Assembly (NCBI GenBank): GCA_043228905.1 | Contig: JBHGNT010000004.1 | Span: 17,174,001 to 17,238,000, forward strand | Direction: 5' to 3' | Source of the DNA: Azolla caroliniana | Lineage: Eukaryota > Plantae > Polypodiophyta | DNA length: 64,000 nucleotides | Shown here: in pieces, positions 12,399 through 26,555 of the stretch | Layout of the letters: each line of letters starts with the position of its first letter | Numbering within the stretch: the stretch's first letter is position 1 | Position numbers and translations under genes: made by a program | The notes under the pieces: generated by a model | Told to the model about the DNA's origin: nothing | Seen by the model: only the letters and a program-made list of their open reading frames with translations | The model's database searches: none

Positions 12399-15300
12399 AT
12401 GAAAGAGACGACAATATCAAGGCAGAGGCAGAGGCTGAGATGGACAGCAGAGCTCCATGAACGCTTTGTGAAGGCAGTTGGGCAGCTCGGAGGATCTGAC
12501 AGTAAGACGAACACACACACACACACACACACACATATATGTATATATATATATAAGTTTCTGTTTTCACACTTAATCCATGCATGCTTCACATATTTTG
12601 AGAGATGGTCATGGTCATGGTCATGATTATGATGATTATGATGATTATGATGTGATTATAATGATAATGATGATGATGGCTTTTTAACAAGATCAATCAA
12701 ACATTGGCTGCTTGCTCTAGTTCACTTTGAGATCTGTCGTCCATCCTGATCCGGATCTCTAAAACTTTGCCAGGAAAATAAATCTCGACGTATAAACATC
12801 CATTATTAGTATACCAATGCCTAATGCCCATTAGTCGTGTGCCATATTATCGATCGAAGCCGCATGATTTCATGCATTGAAAGGAAACTTGGCCTCTAAG
12901 CGAACCAAGGTTCCATGAATGCCCTTGATTATGTCGTCATTTGTGTGTGAGCCTAATCTATCCCCATATCACAAAACCATGTATGATCGATCTCTTATTG
13001 ACCTTCGTTCTTGCTTTTTGGGTTTTTATTTGGCAATCTATGTAAGTATGTAAGGAGTCTAATGTTCCACGAGAGAAGTTTCAATCTCCCTTCTAGTGTT
13101 TTCAACTACATGGTTGTCATAGGATGTTGCTCACTAGTAATATAACTTTACAATAGACAAACAATATGGATTAAAGCTACATAGTTAACCAATGGTGTGG
13201 TTGCAATGTAGGAGAGAAGTTAATTTCATCTTTTGTTTCTATGGAAAAAGAGAAGAAAAAAGACAGAAATTATTAACTACAACAAGAGCTATTGTGCATG
13301 TTTTAGATTAACATGTGTTGTGGTTATGGAGATTTCATTCTCTTTTGTCCTACATAGCATTGTATTAATTACTCAAAGAATAAATTATTACAATTGACTC
13401 AAAGATAGGTGACTTTGGGATCTCCATCGAGATCATATAGATTTACAAAGTTGCGTCCCAAAAGACCAATACTAATGGTGAATATGATGCCTTAGGAATT
13501 TGGATTTCCTCTAAAAATAACAAGATCAGTGTGTATGCACGTCATTTTTAACAAGTTAGTGAATTCCATATCACTATATTTTGATACTTCACTCTCAATC
13601 ACATATGACATTCGGTATCACTACATTTTCACTATTACATATGCCTACACAAATTCCTGTCAATATGGATGTGCACAATGTTCATTAGTAAAACTCTTTG
13701 GCATCAAGAGTCATTTATCAACTCCACACATTGTAAGGAAATGTTTCACGTTGGTTCAACTGGTTATGTTTTGATATCTGAGGATGAACAAAAATAGTTC
13801 TAATTTCTAATCACTTTGCTTATGCTTCATGTACTTTGAAAACATTGATCGAGTTGAGTTTACATAAATGGAAATGTCTCATGCCTATTATAAGAGTCAA
13901 CATTTGTTGATGTGTTGAATACAAACAAAGCCTGAGGTACCATGTGACTTAAGCATCACAAGATAATTCCGACAAAAAAATCCAAAATGGTTTAGGTGGT
14001 AGCAGTTTAAAAGAATTGGATTTGCCTATAAAAAATTTGGAAGCCTCTATAATATATATGAGCTTGTGATAAGTCTATACAAATATATTGGTAGGGCCAA
14101 CTTCTAATGGTTGCAAGGTCACATCATTGTTTATGTCAGTTATAAAAAGGTGATTGTCTATACAAATATATTTTATAGGGTCAAACTATTTTTGTTTTTT
14201 TTTTGAGGATGTTAGAACTTAGAATCCTAACCCTATTTTCTTGATTCTTATATAAGAGGAGATTAGGTGTATTGAGATTTATTTCCAAGCTCCTTTATTG
14301 TTTGTTATGACTTATGAGGGCATAAAGATATGTTTCCATGATAAGAGTATCCTTTTAAGACTCTTCAAATGTCAAGCCTTACTTAAGTGTCGCTTATAAG
14401 GGTTTTTTATGCCATTCTACTCCAAAAAAGAGAGTTTAAAGCCCACATATAGTTTAAAGAGAGTAGTGAAGAGTCATTTTTGAAGGTGCCATATTATTTA
14501 GAGCATTATTTTACACGAGATGGCTTCAGCCATTCATGTTACAACCGTAGATTGACACATACATGATATTCGTAATATTCGTAACTTACATCATTGCACC
14601 TTAGCACTATACAGGTTATTCTACTCAAGATTTAAACATCTTTACTTCCATTAAATTGTATTTGATAGGTCTATTTAGATAATAAGGTCAATTGTCCTTT
14701 TTAAGGGTGTTGCTCTAATTAACGTCATTCTTATGAGGGAGGTGTCTTAAGAATTTGTTCCTTTTTTAACTAGGTCTTTTGGTATACCATCGAGACCTTG
14801 ACATATTACCAATCATGTATCAATAATACAATGTGCAACTCATTAGAGTCACACCTTGAGATATTAACAATCAAGTGCTACCATGCTCTTTAACTTGTTA
14901 AATTTGTTTTGCTTGAGGAATTAGTTAGATTGATCAATTAAATGTACATAATTGACGGTGAAGCCAAAGTAAAGAATTTGCTTTGTGTTGGTATTAAAAA
15001 GGCTATACCATGCATGTATCAATCAACGTGTGCAAACCCTGACCAATTAGACAATTAGAGACCTTCTAGGTGCTTCATGAAGGATATTCAAGAGTTGTTA
15101 GATAGAGTTTAATTGTTATGACTAGGCTTATCCTTGTTGCATTGGTGTTAATATCTTACTACTAGGTCAAGAAGCGTGCAAAATGATCCGGCTCGTAGAT
15201 TTACCTAACTAGCAATAGTATGGTCACGTCATCCATATAAAATGGTCGGTAAAGGCAAAAGAAATTTCGTGTAGTTTGTATTACATGGATACATGTGTGT

Positions 15301-17072
15301 TTCTTTTCTACATGTTGTGTAGGTTTATATCATACTAGGTCTCTATTCACTAATTAATATTTGGGTAGGAGCTACACCAAAAGGCATACTCAAAGTAATG
15401 GCAATACAAGGCTTGACGATCTACCATGTGAAGAGTCATTTGCAGGTTTGTTTTTATCATGATGTTCGGAATCTTTCTTAAATTTGATACGTCTAATTGC
15501 TTATCCTCATTACTCATGCTTTTCTTAGAAATTCCGACTTGCAAATTATATGCATAATCCAAACTTTCAAGATGGTATGTGCATCCAAATTACCATGTTT
15601 CACATTGAAATTAATATTATGATATTGGTGACAAGATTCATTCACTCATTATCTTATTGGTTGGAATGATAGCGAGCAAATTTGATAAAAAAAAGGGCTT
15701 GGAAATTGTTACGAAAACCAATGATGAAACTTTGTGAGTTACTTTTGATGTATATGTATGTATGTATGTACGTACGTATGTATTTATGTATGTACAAATG
15801 TATGCATGTGTGTGTGTGCATGTGAACATGAATGAATATTCATCTACGTATTAAATTTTGCAGGGATAATATGCACTTAAATGAAACTCTCCGAGTGCAT
15901 ATGGAAGTACAAAGAAGATTGCAAGATCAACTTGAGGTGTGTGTATTAACCTCAATGCAATAAGGCTAAGTTATAACATGCATGCATAATTTCATATATA
16001 CATGTAACATAACATTTCCTCGATGGAATGGTAATTAGTCAATATTATAGCGATTTTTATGACTTTTATATCATGTTTACCCTAAATATGTGATGTAGGG
16101 AATACATGGTTGCATAAATATAAATTGTGCATGGTTGATAGTATGCATTGTTATGTGCACATGTAACCTTGATTGTGTGATGTCAACGTTAGAGTTACAT
16201 ATAGTCATGTTTGCATGTGGATGAACGTGTGCAAGCAACAATATGGACAAACTACTAGGATATTGACACTAAACTTGGGTAAATTTAAAGATATTAATGC
16301 AAAGCTAGCTATCATATCATGGAGTATTACATTGGGTGGTCAATTGCTATGTTTATTTGTTAAATTTGTTGAAGCAAAATTATTTAAGCCAATCACCTTA
16401 TTTTGAAAGATCCTAACCTCGAACACAAACCAAGCACATACATAGTACATGGTTATCATATTAATAATACTAATAAAAGATGATGATTCTACAACCAACT
16501 TTCACAATAAGAGTTTTGTTCCACAGGTACAAAGGCAATTACAATTAAGAATAGATGCTCAAGGAAGGTATGTACACAAGATAATAGAAGAGCAAGAGGA
16601 GATCAATCACGTGAAGGCGAATTTTGAAGAGGAGAGGAATAATAAGGCATCGTCCATTAGTCCATTCAAGACAACATCAAAACTTTCATCAGGTTCTAGA
16701 TACATAGATGAGGAGGGAACACCACTTTGTGGGTTTAACCATACATCCCCTGAATCTTCCCACACTTTCAACAATGTCGATAGTGCATCGTTAGTCTCAA
16801 CTACAACTACATTTTCTGACGTCAGTTGTGATTACCAACTTCCCCATATGTATCATGAACCATTGTATCTAATGCAAATCAATGAATCTCAAGATCAATC
16901 TACAAGACCACAATCCTTCAATATGAGTCACAATTGCTTGAAGATAGAGAATACATATGTAGATTATGGTCAAATGACCTCGATTCTTCACGACCCGTTG
17001 AATAATGACATTTGGCATAATGATGGCTTCTATCACCATGATGATATGCACCACATGCATCAAATATCTTGA
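12399..17072 (+). CDS. MYB-CC (GARP G2-like, PHR1/PHL family) transcription factor, about 301 aa; exons 12399-12501, 15369-15445, 15529-15574, 15673-15733, 15864-15936, 16527-17072
   Basis: Manual GT-AG splicing gives an open 906-nt frame: RQRLRWTAELHERFVKAVGQLGGSDR/ATPKGILKVMAIQGLTIYHVKSHLQ/KFRL...ETLRVHMEVQRRLQDQLE/VQRQLQLRIDAQGRY. Intron positions and the 77-nt exon are typical of the family. The start is uncertain because an acceptor at 12356 may link to an upstream exon. Confidence 0.92.
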
Positions 17073-17849
17073 TGCTCTTCATTTGTAACTTAATTGTGTA
17101 CAAATCATACAAATTTATGGCAGGAATGTTTTAACTTTCAAATTTTATTTGATCAACCTCAACAAGCACAAGTGCATACCTTACAAGTATAAGTATTATA
17201 GTGGTGATTTCAAACTTGTATCAAAAGTTATGCGATGATTAGAAGAAACTTGTAAATTCAATGACAAGTAATATTATCCAAGTTTTTATTCTCTCCATAT
17301 ATAAGCACACACCATCATGTAATATATTAGAACATGAGTGAGTGGCTCTCCATTCATAGATTCTTTCATCAAGGTGACTTTCAAATTGAGCGAATGTGCT
17401 TCATTTCAAAATTCCTTAAGTTGAAATGTTTTTTAACCTTCATTTGTTGTCTTTTGGGTAACTTTTAATTCTCTTCATTACCATTAAAATCCTCTAATGG
17501 AGCCAAATATTGATGGACATAGAAAGGAGAAAAAGATTTCTTACGTTAAATGCATGCAATTGTGTGTGTCTGTCTTTAATATTGGTAAGCTTTGGACCTA
17601 TACTTAGAATAGATTTTGATTGCACGAAATTGTTGTTTCAAACTATCAAACAAAAACCAAAAAAACATTTCGGAATCAACTATGCATATTTTTTTGTGTG
17701 GGAATTTTCATCTATTCTTGACACCTGTCAATAACTATTCGTAGCTGGCTAGCACAACGACACAACATGAGGTTTGGTGAAAGGATGGTAAGGGACTTGA
17801 GTACCATGTAGGCATTCTTGCCTTTCTTTATGTTGTCTTTGGCACAAGA

Positions 17850-18132
17850 GGTTTTACAATACCAACGAGGCTGATCTTCATGAGGAGTTGAAATACGAGG
17901 GAGCAAGCAAAGATGTGATGGGTCAAGTGATCTCTGACACAGTCGGACAAGGCCCAACTGACCGACTGTTTGTTCCTGTAGTTTAGTAGCAAGCGGTTAC
18001 AGTAGCAATGATGCCGATCTTCACGAGGAGTCGAAATCCGGGGGAGCAAGCAAAGGTGTGGTGGGTCAAGTGATCTTTGAGATAGTCCGACAAGGTTCGA
18101 CCAACCAGCCGTTTGTTCTTGCAGTTTTGTAG
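17850..18132 (+). repeat. Diverged tandem duplication, 2 x about 143 bp
   Basis: GATCTTCAyGAGGAGT..GGGAGCAAGCAAAG..GGGTCAAGTGATCT..GACAAGG..GTTTGTTC occurs twice in tandem. Confidence 0.8.
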
Positions 18133-18430
18133 GCCTTTTGACTCTCCACTTTCTTCTTCTTCTTCTTCTAAAGTAAGTTAATTCTTTTTTGACTCAGTTT
18201 TGTTTTAGTGGTCCTTCTTGACTCAACTTATTATTGCTTTTGCTTCAAAAAACTTTCCTTTTTCTTTGTTGTCTGTTACCCTTCATCTCTTTTGCCTTCT
18301 TAATTCGGACCAGACTTTGCCCTTCCTTTCATTTCTCGTCGTATAGGAAAAATATTTTTTTCCTTTCACGAAACAATCCATTTCTCTGCAAAAGCTCTAA
18401 GAAAAAAAAGAACCCTGAGGAAAACCCTCT

Positions 18431-18985
18431 ATGGCATCGGAAGATATTACCAAGCAAATTCAAAGAGAAGGAGAAGAAGATGAAGAACGACAAAGAGTTG
18501 GGTTCTACTCCGACTCAGCCCTTATAGTAGGCATAGCTAAGCTTCTATGGATCTACACATTTTCGCTAGGAATCGGAGCCCTTCTCATCACTCTAGGATT
18601 CACAATCCGAATGATCATCTTATGGAAGATCACTGTGTACACCAAATGTCTATCTCCACTAGATCTATCCATAGTTGTCGGATCGGACATCGGTGTGATC
18701 TCGGCAGTCGGTCTTTTGATCCTCCTTGTACCTCAAATGATCATAACATGGACCACGGCTCTCATTTTCGATTTCATATTCGATAGGAAGCTTCATCGAG
18801 GCCAAGCGATTATCGAAAATGGTAAGAAATTGGCTCGAGAGATCTCATTCACTACTATAAGAAATGCTCTCAAAGGAGGAGAAATCGCGGGTATAGTTGC
18901 TTCAGTGGCTACGCTGATCGGGTTAACTTTGCTTAGATCACGCATTGGAGTTGAATCCTCTGGAAATTCTGGTTATGATTCATGA
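18431..18985 (+). CDS. Intronless uncharacterised plant multi-pass membrane protein (184 aa)
   Basis: Clean ATG-TGA ORF with a pyrimidine-rich leader, an acidic N-terminus and 3-4 hydrophobic segments. The segment VPQMIITWTT..IIENGKKLAREI..LKGG..A resembles, from memory, a land-plant family of unnamed transmembrane proteins. Confidence 0.78.
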   Translation: MASEDITKQIQREGEEDEERQRVGFYSDSALIVGIAKLLWIYTFSLGIGALLITLGFTIRMIILWKITVYTKCLSPLDLSIVVGSDIGVISAVGLLILLVPQMIITWTTALIFDFIFDRKLHRGQAIIENGKKLAREISFTTIRNALKGGEIAGIVASVATLIGLTLLRSRIGVESSGNSGYDS

Positions 18986-21025
18986 CAAATGCTCAAAAAG
19001 AAGAAGAGAAATGGGTACTCTGGTTAGGCTTAACCACACTTTGATCACATGTCAAGGCGAATCTTCAAGTAATTCTAGTTCGTTCCCTTGATTTGTATTG
19101 TGATTCATGAGGAATGTTCTCAAGAAAAGAGAAATAGTTAGTTTGATGGCTACCTTGGTACTCTAGTAATACTTAGGTTAAGCTTAACTCTATTTAGATG
19201 GTATGTCAGAGGTGGACTTTTGGGTAGGTCTTCTATGTTTTCTTGATTTGTGTCATAGAGGATGCACTCGAAGAATGAGAAATCTTTGATTGCATTGGTT
19301 TTTGAGTTACAAATACTGACTTTACAATATTGAGATTCCGAGTTTGCTCCTGAAACAAAATGGCTCTACAATATTGATATTGACATGAACATAACATGGA
19401 GAAGACTGAAACTGGGAACTCCTTTTGCACAAAGATGGATCTTCAGGTATTTCTATTTTCCTTTTCTTTGATGTGTATTCTGAACAAATGAATTGTGAGT
19501 GATAATTATCTATTCACAAAATCCTGGTGTGAATATGGATTGTGGTGTGCAGACGCAAGAATCTGCGGGGATAACACATGGCATTTCAATGTATTTGGAA
19601 GTAGTGTTTGGGACAAAAGGAGCCCCTACATTGTTCGAATATTCGAACTTGCGAATCAGAGAAATGTAAATGAAAGAATCACTGATTCAAGGTATTTTTA
19701 ATGGGAACACAAACCCAGGAACGCACAATATGTGTATATATAAATGCAGATTATGTATTTGTGAGATATCTATCATGCCACCATTCCAAGGGAGGTGAAC
19801 ACAGTTGTGATATACATAGAAGCCTATATGTAGACGACGACAATGTGTGTGTGTGTGTGTAAAGAAATAATAGATCTCAAAACACATGTTACATGTAGAT
19901 TCTTGGTCTATGTATGAATTGCATGTGATGTATATGTATGGGATTGCAGTTATGTCAGAGTTGTGACAAATTTTCGAAGGATCGTCTATCAATCATAGTG
20001 CAAAATTGAGTGTGTTTTATTTTCTTCTTTGTTGAAATGTTTTGTTGGACTGCACATTGGAGCATCATCATGTAGGCTAGTGGCATAGGAATCTAAGATA
20101 AATTGGACAGTCAATATTGTGGGGCATTAAATTTATCTCTTCCATAAAATCAACCTTTGCAAAACAAAGAATCCCTTACATGCATTGTGTTTCAACCAAG
20201 AAAAGTAGTTGCTATCACAATGATGAAAGCTTATATCCATTGTTACAAGCATGTAATTACATGTAATGCATGATAGTCGTTTTGTTGATCTGAGTTCCTA
20301 TGGATGAAAATAATCATAAGCCATAAGTATGATAAAATTATATAAATCGGCTTATCTTAATGGTTTGTACTTTGTACTTGATATATAAGGTTATGGTTTT
20401 GAGATTCACCAATGTTAGTTGATGATATTTGAACTTGTTTTTATATTGTGAAGTAATTGCTTCACGACACCCACCCCTCTGAACTTGCACATTGGTTGTG
20501 TGGAGTTCATTCAAAACTTCTTCTTATTCTTTTAGTTCTCCTTGTTCATAAAATTCGGGCTCTAGTGACTCTCTTTTAAAAAAATTTAATCCTTTTTTCT
20601 ACTATTGAGGTACCAATTTCTGTCTCGTCTAGTTCAATGAGGAAATATGTAGCATTATTTGCTATTTTCCTAACTTCATAAGGTCCAAATCATCTTTTGG
20701 CGAACTTGCGATTAGTATTGTGTTGATTAACCACCGCTATTGTCATATACTAATGCCTAGTTTCCCTCTTGCACCTTTCTTGGCCATATTCTTTTTATTT
20801 TATCAAATCGATCCTTATTCTTGGTTTTAACTTCTTTCCATATACTAGTTGCTTTTTCTATGTCTTCTCTCTTGGATTCAATTTGTCGAAATCCGAGTGC
20901 CAAGTAAATCCTCCCTCATTTTCTACTCCCAAGGAAATACAACCCATGTAACTATCTTTTCTTCAATTTTGGCATTCTCGGCTTCTGTCATGTTATCCGT
21001 TTTGTAGGCATATATCCAGTAACAA

Positions 21026-21382
21026 TGTTGTGAGTTGTCCTATTAGCCCATAATGCATAGGGTAATAATTTTGGCCAATCACCAACCCGTGCTTTACATG
21101 CCTTTGTTAAAGCTTTGATTATTCACATCTTAGGGTGTGAACACAGTCTAGGGATATTTACTATGTAACATAACTAATGTGTCATAAGACTTAACTTTTA
21201 TGACACACAATTAGTAGGTAGTTAAAGTTCCCTCCTCTTTCTCAAGGGGTAGTTGTAGTAAGAGAATATGGAGAGAAGGTGACTATATAAGCACCTTCTC
21301 CTCTCCTTTGTAGTCGTTGGTTTTTGTTTTTCTTGTGAACATAGTTTTCTTGTTTTTTTGTCTATCTTTGTCGACTCTCTTG

Positions 21383-21424
<42 letters not shown>

Positions 21425-22860
21425 TCTTCATTTCCCTTGCACAGAATCATACACTTGATTCTTTATATGGTATTACAACGATTGGTATTCTGATCCAACC
21501 CATCCACTTCAAGTTGGTGATCAAGAAAAACCGGCTCATCAGATAGAGAAGAAGAAGAACGACTTCAATCTAGTCGACCATCATGAACACTCAAATCGGA
21601 AGCTCTCTCCCCAATGAAAACTGGATAGAAATAACTTTGCATCTTGGGAATACAAGATGCACCAATACCTTGTCGGCCAAGGTTATTGGAGTTACATTGA
21701 AGGAGTACAAGAAACAAAACCCAACCCAACACACGTCGACTACTCAACATGGGACCAAGCAGCAAGTTGTGTGTTGTATTGCTTTACATAATGTGTTCAC
21801 GACCACATGCGGCCAAGATGCCGAAGGAGGCGTGGGAGAATCTCAAAAAGATTTTCACACCAAACACGACCACACAAAAACTTCAACTCTGTCAAGAGTT
21901 GAAGGGCATCCAACAGAGGGATACATCGATCAAAAGCTATACCTTGAAGATTAAGGAGTTGTGTAACTCCCTCAACTCGATCAATGTTAACATAGACGAC
22001 AATGAAATGGTGCAAATATGCCTTAGGGGCCTAGCACCCCATTTTGGTGCAATAAGGTCAACCTTCTTCACAAGGGAGAATATTCCCTCCTTCGATCTCT
22101 AGTCTATGCTACTGGTTGAAGAAAATCATGTCCAATCAAGGGGAAATGCAATGGAAGGACACATGCTCTATTTGAATTCGGACAGAGAAAGGGGACACGA
22201 CCGTGGAAGAAGAGGCCAATTAGGCCAAGGCCGAACCAATCAAGGGCCATCACATGAGCACAACTTCTACTACTGGCAAGACAACACAAACACGCGAGGA
22301 ATGTTTAGTAGAAGGGGGAGCCACCATGACGGACCAAGTTGACGAAACAATTTGTCGAGTGCAGATATTGTGGCGAATTTGGCCACTATGAGGGGGAGTG
22401 TCGGAAGAAGAAGAGTGAATCAGCCTTCACATGCCGACAACTCACCAACCATGCCTCTAATTCCGACGACGATGATCATGGTGGAATGTTCGTGATCCGA
22501 CATAGACAAAACTCTATGTTGGCCTCTTGTCTGACCACTACGTACAATTCAGAAGACATTTGGTTTGTCGACTGAGACACCTCAAACTATATGACGTCTC
22601 ATCCAGAATGGTTTTGGGACCTAAGAGAGCCGGATCCACCTGGCTATGTTGAGATTCGAGATGACACCACATATCCGATACGACATGATGGCAATGTCCC
22701 ATTCGGCAAAGAGGGCAACTAGACGTACATTGAAAACTTCTTGCATGTTCCAACCATAACGAAGAATTTGGTCTTAGTCAGCCAAATTGTAGAGCAAGGG
22801 ATGCAGGTTTGCTTCAACCATGCAGGTTGCTTCATAGAGAAAGAAGAATGTCTCATTGAG
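21026..22860 (+). mobile_element. 5' part of an old copia: LTR about 21026-21467, decayed PBS, gag-protease remnants
   Basis: TGTTG..CTTTATA followed by TGGTATTACAAC (decayed Met PBS); TATA near 21283. EAWENLKKIF, CRYCGEFGHYEGEC, IWFVD and LHVPTITKNLV are homologous to the 360-5930 element. Truncated by the LTR at 22861. Confidence 0.8.
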
Positions 22861-25800
22861 TGTAAAAGAATACGTGTGCGGAAGTGTATGTTTAAGACAC
22901 AAAGTACACAGTTCGGTAAAAATGCAAAAATCATAGAGAAGGAGAGGGAGAGGCAGAGAGAGGGTAGAAACAAAACTATATTCAAAAAATAATTCCCTGT
23001 GTGTTCTCTCTGTATACTTCGTGCTCAGTGAGCACCTTTTATACAAGCCCTGACTATTGGGCTAACACAAGTACTGACAATACTTGACTGCTCATAAACG
23101 AACCTTCTACACTAACTCCCAAAATTATTCCTTACGAGGAATAACGTTCTAACGGCCTCTCGGTTTAAGCACCGCTACGGCCATGTTGTGCGTACGGTTT
23201 TACGCACCCAGTCTACGCACTGGGTTACACACCCGTTTACGCACCCAATGTTGAGCTTGTATCTCAACACTCCCCCTCAAGCTCAACTTGAGGTTCCATC
23301 CGCTCTTCCGGATCTTCACTCCGTCTTCTCCTGGCTTTATGCCTCACTCGCGCTCCTCGACCCGTTCTATTTCGCGCGCCTCGACCCTTTCGGTCGGCTT
23401 GTCTGCTGGTGTGGCCCTTCTCAACTCCCTTGCTGTCGCGGTATTGGCGCCTCTTCCGCTGCCCTTTCCTCCGCTTGGCCCTTAGTTGGTTCGGCATGTT
23501 TGAATCGAACATTTCGATTGAATCGGTCACTACCAACTCGTTTCCACTCACGTCCGAATTGGCTGTCTCCAATTCGTCTTCGGTCTTCAGGCCCTTGATA
23601 ACGTCAAACCACGTCTTGATCTTGGCCTTTAAGCCCTTCTTGGCTATATCTCCCCCTTGTCCGGCTATCTTTGGCTCTTCCTTGCGATTGCGACCCCTGT
23701 TTCCTCCTCCGGCTTCATTAACCGACCCGAAATCGAATTCTTCATCTGATTTGGCATCGCGGTCACTACCGCTCCTTTCACGTTCACACTCCTATTCTTG
23801 TCTCCCCCTCAAGTTCAGCATGTCGAGGTGACGCAAACCCAACTCACCCAAGAAATGCCGCAACTTGTCAAGATCAAGGGGCTTGGTGAAGATGTCGGCA
23901 ATCTACCTACTCGTGGGAACATATGCTAGTTCGACTTCACTAGAAAGGACATGCTCGTGGACAAAATGGTAGTGCATCTCAATGTGCTTGGTCCGGGCAT
24001 GGAATACATGATTTTTTGCAAGGTGGATACTGTTGAGGTTCTCGCAATAGATCATCGTCAGATCAGACACCTCCACATGCAAATCCCGTAATAGCCGTCT
24101 CAGCCAAATGACTTCGCACGTAGTGATAGTCGCCCCTCGATATTCGGCCTCCGTGCTCGATAGTGCCACTATCGGTTGCTTCTTACTGCTCCACGCGATC
24201 ACCGCACTTCCCATTGAGAATGTGTATCAGGATGTGGATCTACGATCATTGGCATTTCCGGCCCAATCGACATCCGCGTAGCCAACTAACTATTCGGTTA
24301 CGCCTACATGATATGGCAACGCTATGTCCTTAGTGCCGGTGGCATATCACAATATCCTTTGCGCGCACTGAAAGTGTTCACTGTGGGCTGCAACATAAAT
24401 TGACTGATCAAGCCGATCGGGTAATTGAGATCCACCCGAGTGATCGTCAAGTAAATTAAGCTTCTGACAATCTGTCAAAACTGTGTCAAGTCGTATGCCT
24501 TTCCCGAATCTCGGCGAAGCTTTATTTTACTATCTAGAGGGGTAGAGATGGGCTTACAATCTGCCATCTCAAACTTAAAGAGCATGTTCAGTGTGTAGTG
24601 ACGTTGGCTGATCAATATGCCTTCGGGGGTGCGGATCACTTCGATCCCGAGGAAGTAATGAAGGTTGCCAAGATCCAGGTCGGCACCGGTGATGCCGCAA
24701 GTTGAGACTTTACGTGGCCGATTTCTTCCAGGTCGGCACCAACGATGACTAAATCATCAACATAAAGTAAAAGATAAACCGGTTCATGTTGACCTTGCCA
24801 AACGAACAACGAAGAGTCCGATCTGGACGTCGTAAACCCCATTTTATGCAACTGTTGCGTAATCTTCGCGTTCCAAGCTCGCGGGGCTTGTGGAAGTCCG
24901 TATAACGCCTTCTTCAATCGGCAGACTGCTGAAGTGTTCTGTTCGGATAGAAATCTAGGGGGTTATCCCATGTACACCTGTTCCTCAAGATCGCCTTGCA
25001 GAAACACATTTTTTACATCCATCTGATGTAATTGCCACCCCTTCACCGTTGCTACGGCTAGCAGAACGCGCACCGTGATCATCTTTGCGATCGACGTGAA
25101 CGGCTCATCGTAATCTATGTTGTGCTTCTGCGCATAGCCTTTCGCAACCAAACGGGCCTTATATCGGTTGATCGAGCCATGGGTGTTGTATTTCACCTTA
25201 AACAACCATCTGCATCCGATCGGCTTTACACCTTTAGGTGCGTCAACCAGTTCCAAGTGTCGTTGTCCGTTAAAGAGCGCAAATCTTTTTCCCTTTTTCT
25301 TTATGCGTAAACCGTCTCCTTAGTTCTTTACGCGGGGACAACATGGTTGAGTCTCCACTACTCACCGACTCTTCATTTGGTTGGCCATCTAGACCCAACC
25401 CCTCATTCGGCCCACTTAGCCGAAATGAGATTGGACTCTCTGTTAGAGCTCTGATTTCCTCATCACGCAGAGGCAACTCGGCCTCGCTGACCTCTTCTTC
25501 AGAATTCGGAATGGAGTCATGAGGTATTGAAGGTGAAGGCAAGTACCACGAAGTAGACTCGTCGAACACGACATCTCGGCTTACGCGAACTTCCTTTGTT
25601 TGTGGGTTATAGCACTTATACCCCTTCGGCTCGTCTGAATAGCCAACCAAGATACACCTCTCGGCTTTGGCGTCCAACTGCCTCCTCTTTTCCTTCGGCA
25701 CATGCACATACACATACACAATGCTACCGAAAATCCTCAAGTGTGCCAAGTTCAGCTTCTTTCCAAAATACAACTCGTGTGGTGACACTCCTCCATTATC

Positions 25801-26555
25801 AGAGGTCCGATTCTACAAATAAACAGTCGTCCTTACGACTTCAGCCCAGTAAAACTTCGACATATGCCTCTCTTCAAGCATTGCCCTGGCGGTTGCTTCT
25901 ATTGTTCGATTCTTCCGCTCGGCTATGCCGTTCTGCTCCGGCGTATATCTACACGAGAATTCATGTCGAATTCCCTCCTTCTGTAGATAACTCGTGAACT
26001 GGTCGGAGAAGTACTCCTTCCCACCATCGGACGGTAGGCACTTGATCTTACGCCCAATTTCCCTTTCCGCAAGGCTCTTTACCTTCAGGAACCATGCGAA
26101 GACTTCATTCTTTTCGCGATCAAGCACGCCCAGGTGTGCCGAGTGAAGTCATCGATGAAGGTTATGAAGTAACGGCTTCCACCGAGACTTACGTTCTATG
26201 CCGGACCCCACACATCCGAATGGATTAAGTTGAGCGGATTTCGGCTATGATTACGCTCATTGGGGAATGGAAGTCAGTGTTGCTTCCCTAGTTGGCAGGT
26301 TTTGTAGACTTGGCCATCCCGGCCACGAAATTTCGACAAACCGAAAACAATGTTCTTCGTCTGCATTTCACGAAGCTGTGGGAAGTTAACGTGGCCGAAC
26401 CACTTGTGCCATAGGTCGATATCCGATTCGACCTTCTGTCCTTTCGTGAACAACGCGGTTCCGGCTTGGTTGGTGTCGAGGATGAACATCCTCCCTTCAT
26501 GGCGCCCTTGCGCGATGACTTGGCGTTTCTCTTCAATGTAGCACCCAAGGTGCGT
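22861..26555 (-). mobile_element. 3' two-thirds of a degenerate copia related to 360-5930 (IN-RT-RH, PPT, 3' LTR 22861-23269)
   Basis: LTR termini resemble those of the first element; PPT at 23270-23281; [25 protein letters not shown] and RTKHIEMHYHF motifs. Interrupted at 26556 by a gypsy LTR; its 5' part is not found in the window. Confidence 0.9.

Noticed and set aside
16449-16526. N-terminal part of the 207-aa ORF as coding
   Set aside because: Lies in the last intron of the MYB-CC gene; the exon starts after CACAG at 16527.
21026-26555. One copia with an inverted 3' half (both pieces break near the GCFIE motif)
   Set aside because: The two LTRs do not match, and the overlapping codons are too divergent (HAGCFIEKEECLI vs HLGCYIEEKRQVI). 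These are two separate elements.
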